Positions 37,101 to 44,692 of a DNA stretch of 64,000 nucleotides are shown here, in pieces. The stretch spans positions 2,819 through 66,818 of the forward strand of contig CAZQOO010000002.1 in the NCBI GenBank assembly GCA_964594845.1. Reading direction: 5' to 3'. Source of the DNA: an uncultured Porphyrobacter sp. Its GTDB lineage: Bacteria; Pseudomonadota; Alphaproteobacteria; Sphingomonadales; Sphingomonadaceae. The position numbers and the translations under genes are program-made. Under the pieces are notes generated by a model. It did no database searches and was not told where the DNA came from. It saw nothing but the letters and a program-made list of their open reading frames with translations. Each line of letters starts with the position of its first letter. Within the stretch, counting starts at the first letter, position 1.

Positions 37101-38172
37101 GGGCCCGGGTGCCCACAGCGGTGCTGTTGGTGGCCAGCGCGCGGCTGCCGAACCCGATCGCGACGGCATTGATGTCGGCCGCCATACTCGATGTGCCCAA
37201 GGCGAGGGTGTTGCTGCCGACGGCATGGGCGTCGGCTCCGATGGCGACCGCGTTTTCGGATTCGGCGACGGCCCCGTTCAATCCGTTGTTGCATTCAATC
37301 GCAGGATTGCTCGCGCCAATCCGGCGATCACTGCCGATAGCGATGGAATCCCGGCCCAGCGCGCAGGCGCCATTGCCCATCGCAACCGCGCCAACCGCGC
37401 TGGCGGCGACATTTGAGCCCGCGCCGACCGCTGTCGAGCGTTCCGCCTGTGCGCGCGCGGCAGCGCCGAGCGCGGTTGCATTGATCTCGGCCAGGGCGGT
37501 TGACCCGACAGCCACCGACGCCGCACCGCCCGAGGCGCTGCTGCCTACCACCGTCGCGTCGCTGTCGCCGCGCGACCAGGCGCCGACAATGGTGGCACCG
37601 AAAAAGCTTGGGCTGGCCCCGGGAAAGCCGGTTAGTGCACCTGCGCCGATCACGATGTCGCGATTGTAAGCGGCCAGCGCGTCGGCCCCGATCGCAATCG
37701 AACTTACGCCGCCCGCGCGGGCACCCAAACTATCGCCGTCCTGATCGGAACCGATGGCAATCGCTCCTTCCGCCACGCCGATGGCGCTATTGCCTATGGC
37801 AATTGCCGCGTTGACCGGTGCAGCTCCAAGGCCGCGGCCTCCGGCCAAAGCGTTGTTTCCCAGCGCGACATTGCCGGTTCCGTTGGTGGCAGCATTATGC
37901 CCCAGCGCGGTGTTCCCGGTGCCGCCGCCCGCGTCCGCTTCGGTGCCGCAGGCAAGGTTGGTGTCCTCGCCGTTTTCGTCCGCAGCGCCGCCGTCATTGT
38001 CGGAACCGGCATCCGCCACACCGTCATTGTCGCGGTCGAGCAGGCAGGTTTCGGCCTTTGCTTGCCCGGGGGCGACGAACAGGCCCGAGGCGGCAAGGGC
38101 CGCCGCCATGGCGCCAAGGCTGGCGCGGGGAATGGCAAGGCCGAGGCCGATGGTGCGCGTGGGATAATGCAT
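34198..38172 (-). CDS. Trimeric autotransporter adhesin (YadA/BadA-like)
   Basis: Signal peptide ending AKA, many 14-aa head repeats (SVAIG/ATALG), neck RQLVNLAAGTAGTDAVN, coiled stalk, C-terminal anchor ending GVTFGW. Confidence 0.93.
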   Translation of the reverse strand: MHYPTRTIGLGLAIPRASLGAMAAALAASGLFVAPGQAKAETCLLDRDNDGVADAGSDNDGGAADENGEDTNLACGTEADAGGGTGNTALGHNAATNGTGNVALGNNALAGGRGLGAAPVNAAIAIGNSAIGVAEGAIAIGSDQDGDSLGARAGGVSSIAIGADALAAYNRDIVIGAGALTGFPGASPSFFGATIVGAWSRGDSDATVVGSSASGGAASVAVGSTALAEINATALGAAARAQAERSTAVGAGSNVAASAVGAVAMGNGACALGRDSIAIGSDRRIGASNPAIECNNGLNGAVAESENAVAIGADAHAVGSNTLALGTSSMAADINAVAIGFGSRALATNSTAVGTRALAVGFESVAVGTDGFAEGDRASTFGVQSGARGLDSAAFGHAARAQLDRAVALGALSRADGFNSTAIGTRSQAAGDNSIAIGADGIDGDTGGSLASGDNAIAIGNDSLAQGQFTTVVGNLATARGEAGTALGLSADADGFLATALGSNAQAAAQNATATGSFANAEGDNATALGAETRASGESSVAIGYQSGSTGFGAIAIGGEAVANGFQAITLAGTARGIGALALGGYASATADRASAVGVNAVADAESATAVGAEAGAVGLASSAFGNAARAEGDNSVALGGAALASEIDTVAVGTSSSATGFSALAVGTRANGSGANSVAVGNLAQAGVGESTAIGANSSALGFFTTALGAQSIAIGLNAIALGGQATGLGANSIAIGTRANAASEGSIAQGTGADAQAENSVAIGIGAATALNATNSIALGAGAFADRGGTVSIGSFGNERQLVNLAAGTAGTDAVNLDQLNRVEGIAVGAQSAADAALARSDQALADAGAALASVQAALDGNAGAVQAAADAQARADAAFALAESADTAAQSALVAATGASQTANEALTVANEASGRIDAALAASTTAVGAVAAIEGRVGAVEDANLVQDGRIQTLENLTGQAIGSAAVARDRADQALAENTAQDGRIDAVETTLADQGERLGIVESTVAQLVGAIPAAATGENALALGNGSVASSADAVAIGSGAQAMGGAAVAIGLGNQANGDGSVAIGDPNLATGEGAVAIGRDNIATGNAAIALGDTSSATGVSAFAAGREASASGASALAIGDEARAGAAGSTAIGAGAQALHTNSVAIGSEVQTVRDNQILLGATRSTYTLSGISSATSRTVQEGAVRLVTADALGNLATTDFDIGQLSGFGTRLGTVEGQILALSSGLDRLELGLASLERQSNGGTAAAMALGGSVIPPDLDFSVSFNLATYRGEQGFSAAAVARLRDSVWISGGVAGSTVKGSTGGRVGVTFGW

Positions 38173-38234
38173 AACGGGTTCCTTCCAGAATGATGAACAT
38201 GGCGAGTGCGTGGCCCGGGTGTTTTTCTGGAGAG

Positions 38235-38260
38235 ACAGGAACGACGCGCAAAACCGGACA
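38235..38260 (-). promoter_or_regulatory. Putative ECF promoter of the adhesin gene
   Basis: TGTCCG-GTTTTGCGCGTC-GTTCCTGT on the minus strand. Confidence 0.7.
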
Positions 38261-38413
38261 GGCGACGCAAAATTTCTCTGCCGCGCCGCCGCCGGGTGCG
38301 ATGCGAAAGGGCTTGCCTCAGGCTTGCGAAAGAAGGATTGCAATACAGCCGCTTCCAGCCGCTGGTGCGGGGCGGAGACGGTTTGCGATCAGAGCGGTTT
38401 TCGGCGGGGGACG

Positions 38414-40810
38414 ATGCGGGCTGACGATTGGGAGGTCCTCGAGGGGATCATTGACGAGGCGCTGATGCTTCCCGCCGGGGAGCGCGCCGGATTTCTTGCC
38501 GGCAGGCTCGGCGACACGCCCCAAGATCGCGCCAGGATCGACCAGATCCTGTCCCGACTGGCGGAAGCCGAGACATTTCTGGAACCGTCCGAACCGATCG
38601 AGACGAGCCTCAGCACTGCGGTTCCGGCACGGATCGGGGTGTGGTCGATCGGCGAGGTTCTGGGCCAGGGTGGCATGGGCACGGTCTATGCTGCGCATCG
38701 GATCGAGGGCGGCTTCGAACAGGCTGGCGCGCTCAAACTGATGCGCCACGATGCGGCCATTGACGTGGCGCGGTTCGAGTCCGAACGCCAGTTGCTGGCA
38801 CGGCTCGACAATCCCGGGATTGCCCGCCTGCTCGATGGCGGGGTCAAGGCCGACGGGCAGCCCTGGATGGTGATGGAGCGGATCGACGGCACGCCCATCG
38901 ACCAGTGGTGCGAGGCCCGGGGCAGCTCGCTGGCCGATCGCATCGGCCTGACGCTCGGTGTGCTCGACGCGCTCGGCGCAGCGCACAGGATGCTGGTGCT
39001 GCACCGCGATCTCAAGCCGGGCAACGTCCTGGTCGACAGCGAGGCGCGGGTGCGGGTGATCGACTTCGGGATCGCCAAGCGGATGGACGGGGGCGATCAG
39101 ACACAGGACATCCTGCCTCTCTCTGCCCCCTATGCCGCCCCCGAACTGCTGACCGGTGCGCCGCTCGGTCCGCCGGTCGATGTCTATGGTGCAGCCGCCA
39201 TTCTCTATGAACTGGCGACGGGCCGCCCGCCGATCGATCTGGCCGGCGTGCCGGTGGCGCTGGGCATCGGGCGGGTGCTCGACGTCGCGCCGGTGCGGCT
39301 CGCGAGCCTGCGGGCCGAGGTGCCGGTGCTGACCGCCGCGCCTCAAGGCCTGGTGGCCGACCTCGACGCGATCCTGGCCAAGGCGCTGCGCAAGGAAGCA
39401 GGCGAACGCTATCCCGGCCTCGATGCACTGGCCGATGACCTGCGCCGTGCGCTGGATGGCCGCCCGGTGACGGCGCGTTCGGGTGATCGCGCCTATCGTC
39501 TGCGCCGCCTCGCGTGGCGGGCGCGCTGGCCAATCGCCGCGGCGAGCGCGATCGTGCTGGCGCTGGGGGCAGGGCTGATCGGCACCGAGATCCAGCGCCG
39601 CGAAGCGGTGGCCGCACGCGATGCGGCGCTTGACGAGGAACAGCGCAGCGATGCCGTGCGCCAGTCGCTCTACCTGTTGCTGGCCGAAAGCGTCGAGGCT
39701 GCGGGAGCCGAAGGCACTCCGCGCGATGTGCTGGATCAGGCGACCCGGCGCATCATGGCCGAATTCACCCGCGATCCGGCCGAATCCGCCCGCGTCCTCC
39801 ACGCGCTGGGCGAATTGCATTTCTATCTCGGCGACTACGAGGCGGCCAAGGCTGCGCTCTCGCCTCTGATGGGGCAGAGCGAGGATACGGTGCCTGGCGA
39901 TACGCTGGCCGCGGCGCGCTATGACATGGCGCAGACCATGGTGCGGCTGGGCGAGGTCGATGGGGCTCGGCCCCTGCTCGCGGCTGCGCAGGCTTTCTGG
40001 CAGCGTGATGCCGCGAAATGGCGTGCAAGGCTGATCGACAGCCGGCTGGTCGAGGCCCAGATCCTGCGTGCAGGCGATCCGGCGGCGGCCGCCGCCATGC
40101 TGCGGAAGGCAACTTCAGAGCACGCCGCGATGCACGGCACGACCAACCGGCAGGCCGGGGTGTTCCAGAACAATCTCGGTGTGACCCTGCTGGCTGCCGG
40201 TGATCCCGAAGGGGCCGCAGCCGCGCTCAGGAAGGCGCAGGCGATCTGGCAGGCCACACGGCTGACCGAAACGCCCGATGCGCTCAACACCGCCAACAAT
40301 CTTGCCGCGCTGGAGATGCTTGCCGGACGACCCGCCGCAGCCGAACCGCTGTTTGCCGAGGCGGTGCGCCTGCGCCGCCAGCTCTATGGCACTTCGGCAG
40401 GCACGGCGGCGCTGCTGAGCAATCACGGCAAGGTGCTGTTGCAGCTGGGACGCGCCGCAGAGGCGGAAAGGCTGCTGGCCGAAGCCGTGCCGATGTCGGC
40501 GCAATTTGCCGGCGCGGGATCGATGCAGCATGTTGCGGCGCTCGCCGGGCTGGCCGATGCGCGGCTGGCAACCGGCGCTCCGGATGCTCTCGCACTGGCG
40601 CGGCAGGCGCTTGCCGCAGCCGAGCTTGGCAAGTCTCTGCCCCCAGCCAAGGCGATGGCATTGCTTGCGCTTGCCAAGGCGCAGAAGGCCAGCGGCGATA
40701 CCGCGGGCGCGCGTCAGTCCCTGAAGGGCTTCGATATGATCGCACCGGGCCTCGGTCCGGCCGGAGCGCGGATGGTGGAGGCCGCCAAGGCGGTGCGTGC
40801 GGGGCTCTAG
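38414..40810 (+). CDS. Membrane Hanks-type Ser/Thr kinase with extracytoplasmic TPR repeats
   Basis: GQGGMG, ALK, HRDLKPGN, DFG, APE; TM WPIAAASAIVLALGAGLIG; NNLG/NNLA TPR motifs. Confidence 0.95.
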   Translation: MRADDWEVLEGIIDEALMLPAGERAGFLAGRLGDTPQDRARIDQILSRLAEAETFLEPSEPIETSLSTAVPARIGVWSIGEVLGQGGMGTVYAAHRIEGGFEQAGALKLMRHDAAIDVARFESERQLLARLDNPGIARLLDGGVKADGQPWMVMERIDGTPIDQWCEARGSSLADRIGLTLGVLDALGAAHRMLVLHRDLKPGNVLVDSEARVRVIDFGIAKRMDGGDQTQDILPLSAPYAAPELLTGAPLGPPVDVYGAAAILYELATGRPPIDLAGVPVALGIGRVLDVAPVRLASLRAEVPVLTAAPQGLVADLDAILAKALRKEAGERYPGLDALADDLRRALDGRPVTARSGDRAYRLRRLAWRARWPIAAASAIVLALGAGLIGTEIQRREAVAARDAALDEEQRSDAVRQSLYLLLAESVEAAGAEGTPRDVLDQATRRIMAEFTRDPAESARVLHALGELHFYLGDYEAAKAALSPLMGQSEDTVPGDTLAAARYDMAQTMVRLGEVDGARPLLAAAQAFWQRDAAKWRARLIDSRLVEAQILRAGDPAAAAAMLRKATSEHAAMHGTTNRQAGVFQNNLGVTLLAAGDPEGAAAALRKAQAIWQATRLTETPDALNTANNLAALEMLAGRPAAAEPLFAEAVRLRRQLYGTSAGTAALLSNHGKVLLQLGRAAEAERLLAEAVPMSAQFAGAGSMQHVAALAGLADARLATGAPDALALARQALAAAELGKSLPPAKAMALLALAKAQKASGDTAGARQSLKGFDMIAPGLGPAGARMVEAAKAVRAGL

Positions 40811-41400
40811 GCCGCCGCGGCATCCTCGGCAGCGTCGCCTTCCATGGCGTCCAGCAACATGGCCTTGGCCTTGACCCAGTCGCGCCGCACGGTGCGCTCG
40901 TTGCAGTCGGTCAGCGCGGCGACCTCGCGTTCGGAATAGCCGCCGAAAAAGCGCAGCTCCACGATCCGGGCAAGCCGCGGGGCATAGGCAGCCAGCCGTT
41001 CGAGCGCAGCATCGAGTGCGACCAGCCGGTCATCGCTTTCCCAGTAGATCACCGGCAGATCGTCCTCGAAGCTTTCGATCGCCTTGCCCCCGCCCCGCTT
41101 GGCGGCAAGCCGTGCAGCGGCGTGGTTGACCAGCACCTGCCGCATCGCACGCGCGGCGGTGCGCAGGAAGTGCGCTTCGTCGGCAAAGCCATGGGCGCGG
41201 CGCAGCTTGAGGTAGCATTCGTTGACCAGCGCGGTGGAGCGCATCGTCTCGCCCGCACCGTAGCGCCAGCGCAGATCGCGCGCGATCCGTTTCAGATGCG
41301 GATAAAGCGCATCGATCAGCGCGGCATTATCTTCGTCACGAACCATGATCCGTTCGCCCCCCATCTGTCCAGAGCTATCGCGGGCCTGCGTGTTTGTCAC
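40807..41400 (-). CDS. ECF sigma factor of the kinase-associated type (ECF43/EcfK-like)
   Basis: LYPHLKRIA, TMRSTALVNECYLKL, MRQVLVNHA..R.AAKRGGG, VELRFFGG, TVRRDWVKAK. Confidence 0.92.
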   Translation of the reverse strand: MTNTQARDSSGQMGGERIMVRDEDNAALIDALYPHLKRIARDLRWRYGAGETMRSTALVNECYLKLRRAHGFADEAHFLRTAARAMRQVLVNHAAARLAAKRGGGKAIESFEDDLPVIYWESDDRLVALDAALERLAAYAPRLARIVELRFFGGYSEREVAALTDCNERTVRRDWVKAKAMLLDAMEGDAAEDAAAA

Positions 41401-41573
41401 GGATTTTGCGGGACATAGACGAGTGCGACCTGCCGCGGATCCTTGTCTTCCATCGGCGCGACAGGGCTCGCGAGCACCGCCTTGCCGCTGTCCGGGTCGG
41501 CAATCGCGCGCTCGTCAGCGGTGCTGTACGCCATCACCATGGCGAGGGTCGAAAGTGCGGTTAAGCGGCGCAT
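41397..41573 (-). CDS. Small secreted/membrane peptide (58 aa)
   Basis: AAGGAG RBS, signal-like MRRLTALSTLAMVMA, GTGA overlap with the sigma gene. Confidence 0.55.
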   Translation of the reverse strand: MRRLTALSTLAMVMAYSTADERAIADPDSGKAVLASPVAPMEDKDPRQVALVYVPQNP

Positions 41574-41620
41574 GATGTTCTCCTTGAAAGGACGGGTTGC
41601 GGAACGACCGGCAAGGCCGA

Positions 41621-42661
41621 TCACGCGGCTATCCGCCCCGTGAAACCGAGCCCCAGCCCGGCGCTCATCGTCAGGCCGGCCCAGCGCCGTTCGACAAGCG
41701 GTTCGAGCGCGGTGTGGAGCTGGCCTGGCGGGGTGCCATCGGCCAGCCTTGCAGCGAGCGCGGCAAGCTGCTGCGTGATCTGGGCAATCCCCTGTCCCAG
41801 TCGCGGCGCGGTCTGCAACAGGGCGTCGCCGACCCGTGCCAGCGGGGGCAGCGCCGCGGCATGGGCAATCGCGGTGCGGCGGGCGAGCGGGCTGTCGTGG
41901 CGCAGCGGTGAAGCGCGCAGCGTGATCGCACCGATCCGGCCCAGCCAATGGGCTCCGGCGCCCAGCATCAGCCGGTCGAGCGCGGCCGCCGGATCGGGAG
42001 CTGCGCCGCTCGCCCCGAGCGCGCGATCCCGCAGGGTCAGGCGCACCACCCCGTCCGGTCCGCGCAGCAGCATCGCGGATCCACGGACGCTTCTGCAGGC
42101 CAGCAACCAGGGCGTGTCCTGCCCGTCATTGCTGCCGGTCCAGCTCCAGCAGCGATCGGTGCCGGAGAGTTCCTCGATGGTGACAGCCACCCCGGCAAGC
42201 CGACCCAGAAGATGGCCGCTGCCGCTGGCATCGACCAGCAGATCGGCAGTATCGTGATACCCCCGCGCGCTCCAGCGCCAGTCGGTGCGGCCGGAGGGCG
42301 AGGCAAGCCGCACATCCTCGCGCCACGCCACGCCTGCTGCCGCTGCGACGTCGGCAAGGCTGGCGCACAGGGCTTCCGCGGAAACGACCGGCCGGGCCGC
42401 ATCGTCGCGGCGCCCGCTGTCGTCCCACACGGCCGCCGTGCCGAACGCCCAGCCATCCAGCGGCGCGCCGGTCAGCTGTTCCAGTTGTGCCATCACCGCA
42501 GCGCTGGTGAGGTGCGCGTGCCGCCGGTGGCTGGCGCGTTGCGCAGGAGGGCGGGCGCAATCGACCTGCCAACCCGCACGGGCGAGCACAATGGCCGCGC
42601 CAAGCCCGGCAATCCCGTCACCCATCACCAGTGAGCGCGGGGCTCTGCCTGATCCCGTCAC
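41621..42661 (-). CDS. FAD-dependent oxidoreductase/monooxygenase
   Basis: Rossmann GDGIAG, RHAHL, ADLLVDASG, VGDA...PRLGQG. Confidence 0.8.
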   Translation of the reverse strand: MTGSGRAPRSLVMGDGIAGLGAAIVLARAGWQVDCARPPAQRASHRRHAHLTSAAVMAQLEQLTGAPLDGWAFGTAAVWDDSGRRDDAARPVVSAEALCASLADVAAAAGVAWREDVRLASPSGRTDWRWSARGYHDTADLLVDASGSGHLLGRLAGVAVTIEELSGTDRCWSWTGSNDGQDTPWLLACRSVRGSAMLLRGPDGVVRLTLRDRALGASGAAPDPAAALDRLMLGAGAHWLGRIGAITLRASPLRHDSPLARRTAIAHAAALPPLARVGDALLQTAPRLGQGIAQITQQLAALAARLADGTPPGQLHTALEPLVERRWAGLTMSAGLGLGFTGRIAA

Positions 42662-42668
42662 CGCGTGC

Positions 42669-43229
42669 TCAGCCCTGCTCGGTCGGAACGCCAAGCCCGC
42701 GCCCGCGCGCGCCCTTGGCGTCGACCATGACGAAGAACACCAGCCCGTTAGCCGCCCGCCCGCGACCAAGCGTGTCGCAGACAACAGGTCCGAGCGCACG
42801 GCTGATCGCCTCCTCCGGCAAAAGCATGTCGCCCGGGAAGAACATGTCGCCCGGGAAGAACATGTCTCCGGGGAAGAACATGTCTCCGGGAAAGAACATG
42901 TCGCCCGGGAAGAACATATCCCCGGGGAAGGCGACCTGCCCCGGCGAAAGCCTGAACCCGTCAGATGCGAAGACCTCCTTGATCCTGCCGCCTTCGACCC
43001 GCCCGGCGAGGAACTGCGCCATGACCGGCCCCGACAGCCGGGCGCGCAGCCGCACCGATTTGACCAGCGCGGCGCGCAGCTTCTCGCCCGAAAGCCGCGC
43101 CAGCCCGCGCGGATTGGCGAGGCTGATCTCGATGACATCGCCCTCTGCCCCCAGCGCGGCGGTGCCGGTGGCGAGACCTGCCGCAACGAAGGTGCTGGCG
43201 ACAATGAAGGAGCGGCGGGATATGGTCAT
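42669..43229 (-). CDS. Tat-exported protein with tandem FPGDMF hexapeptide repeats
   Basis: GGAGG RBS, SRRSFI twin-arginine signal, (FPGDMF)x5 + FPGDML. Confidence 0.8.
   Translation of the reverse strand: MTISRRSFIVASTFVAAGLATGTAALGAEGDVIEISLANPRGLARLSGEKLRAALVKSVRLRARLSGPVMAQFLAGRVEGGRIKEVFASDGFRLSPGQVAFPGDMFFPGDMFFPGDMFFPGDMFFPGDMFFPGDMLLPEEAISRALGPVVCDTLGRGRAANGLVFFVMVDAKGARGRGLGVPTEQG
42825..42930 (-). repeat. 18-bp tandem repeat x6 encoding (F)FPGDM
   Basis: Units CATGTCGCCCGGGAAGAA and variants at 42825, 42843, 42861, 42879, 42897, 42915. Confidence 0.97.
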
Positions 43230-43257
43230 GACTTGTCCTCCTTGACCGGTGTGCCGG

Positions 43258-43683
43258 TTAGCCGCCGGCCTGCGCGGCGAGGCATTCGCGGATCTCGGGC
43301 AGGGCGTTCTCGATCGCCTGCGGGGTGGCGAGCACCCGCACCGAGGATGCAGTGAGCATATCGACATCATCTTGGCTCATGCCGGGCGCGCGCAGGCTGC
43401 CGGCCCGCTTGATCCAGTACGTCGCCGTGTCGCTGGTGATCCCGGCCACCTCTTCGGGCAGGCCATCCTTGATGACGGTGCGTGCGGCGAAGGCCGCGCT
43501 GATCACGCCCTGGCATTTCCACGCCTGCTCAACCTCGGCGCGGGTGCCCTCGATCACCGGCTCGGCCGCTGTGGGCGCGGCAGCTTCGGCAACGATGTCC
43601 TCGCTTGCCCCGGATGGAGCCTCGCCCCCGCAGGCCGACACCAGGCTTGCCGCAATCGCGGCGGTCAGAACTGAAACACGCAT
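43258..43683 (-). CDS. Lipoprotein of unknown function
   Basis: MRVSVLTAAIAASLVSAC lipobox; two further Cys; GGGAG RBS. Confidence 0.8.
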   Translation of the reverse strand: MRVSVLTAAIAASLVSACGGEAPSGASEDIVAEAAAPTAAEPVIEGTRAEVEQAWKCQGVISAAFAARTVIKDGLPEEVAGITSDTATYWIKRAGSLRAPGMSQDDVDMLTASSVRVLATPQAIENALPEIRECLAAQAGG

Positions 43684-43708
43684 CGCATTCTCCCTTCTGT
43701 CAGCAAGA

Positions 43709-43734
43709 ACCGGAACGGATCGGGAAAGCGGACA
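43709..43734 (-). promoter_or_regulatory. Putative ECF promoter of the lipoprotein-to-sigma operon
   Basis: TGTCCG-CTTTCCCGATCC-GTTCCGGT on the minus strand. Confidence 0.7.
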
Positions 43735-43764
43735 TCGGGGCCGCAGATTTTTTGCATCCCCGCA

Positions 43765-43790
43765 TGTCCGCTTTTGCGGCTGGTTCCTGT
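43765..43790 (+). promoter_or_regulatory. Putative ECF promoter of the crystallin/PAN gene
   Basis: TGTCCG-CTTTTGCGGCTG-GTTCCTGT. Confidence 0.7.
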
Positions 43791-43849
43791 TCTCACCGGC
43801 AATGGCGCGCGATTGTCCGCGTCCGGGAAGTGAATGGGGAGAATGAGCG

Positions 43850-44653
43850 ATGTTACGCAAACTTGTTGTGGGCATGGCGGCGGGCGCTCTGGCGCTGTCG
43901 CCGTTCGTGGCTGCCGGGATCGCCGCGCAGGGCAATCCCGCCGGATCGATCACGCTCTACAATGGCGAGGATCTCGGCGGCACGGGTGTGGTCATCACCC
44001 GGGATACGCCGAATCTGCAGGACGTGCCCGCCGACGAAGGGTTCGACTCCACCGCCAATGATTACGCCTTTTCGCTCAAGACCGAGGGGCGCTGGCAGGT
44101 CTGCATGGATGCCGGCTACAAGACCGGGTGCATAATCGTCGACGGGGAGATGACTTCGCTTGGCGACAAGGGCGGCTCGATCAGTTCGGTGCGCTACATC
44201 GGTCCGAGCAAGAAGGTGGCGGCGGCCGCCCCGATGTCGCCTGCTGCCGGACCGGCGCCGGCCGCCGAAGACGACTGGCAGCCGATGTACAATGTCGATC
44301 TGTTCGGCAGCGATTACCGCGAGATCGCCTACACCGCACCGGGCAGCAGCTGGAAAACCTGCAAGGCCAGTTGCGATGGCGACAAGCAATGTCAGGCCTG
44401 GACCTATGTCGGGCCGGGGCGCACCGAGCATGGCGAATGCTTCTTGAAGGCGGTGGTGCCCGAACCCGCCGAAAGCGAATGCTGCATCTCGGGGGTCAAG
44501 GGCGGGGCAAGCGCGCGCGGCGCAGTGGGCAATGACGCGATCGGGCGCGGCCTTGGCCGGCTCGGCGAGACCGCCACCAGTGCTGCAGAGGACGAGCTGA
44601 ATCAGGCGGTCGATCGCAAGGTGCGCGGCCTGCTGGGCAAGATCATCGATTGA
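43850..44653 (+). CDS. Secreted protein with beta/gamma-crystallin and PAN/Apple domains
   Basis: Signal peptide; ITLYNGEDLGG..NDYAFSL..WQVC.D.GY...ISSVR; DLFGSDY..CKASCDGDKQCQAWTY..CFLK..CCISG. Confidence 0.85.
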   Translation: MLRKLVVGMAAGALALSPFVAAGIAAQGNPAGSITLYNGEDLGGTGVVITRDTPNLQDVPADEGFDSTANDYAFSLKTEGRWQVCMDAGYKTGCIIVDGEMTSLGDKGGSISSVRYIGPSKKVAAAAPMSPAAGPAPAAEDDWQPMYNVDLFGSDYREIAYTAPGSSWKTCKASCDGDKQCQAWTYVGPGRTEHGECFLKAVVPEPAESECCISGVKGGASARGAVGNDAIGRGLGRLGETATSAAEDELNQAVDRKVRGLLGKIID

Positions 44654-44660
44654 ACCGGCC

Positions 44661-44685
44661 GGGGCGTGGTCCTGGGCCACGCCCC
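44661..44685. terminator. Hairpin between convergent genes
   Basis: GGGGCGTGGT-CCTGG-GCCACGCCCC. Confidence 0.55.
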
Positions 44686-44692
44686 GTCAGGA

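Noticed and set aside
42825-42930. 18-bp repeats as a CRISPR array
   Set aside because: Units are contiguous with no spacers, vary synonymously within a CDS, and no cas genes are present.
42285-43355. Plus-strand readings of the repeat (REEHVA or SPGKNM)
   Set aside because: They contain non-synonymous changes between units and oppose the operon; the minus frame has an RBS and a Tat signal.
43814-43819. Fourth TGTCCG as an ECF promoter
   Set aside because: No GTTCC element 12 nt downstream.
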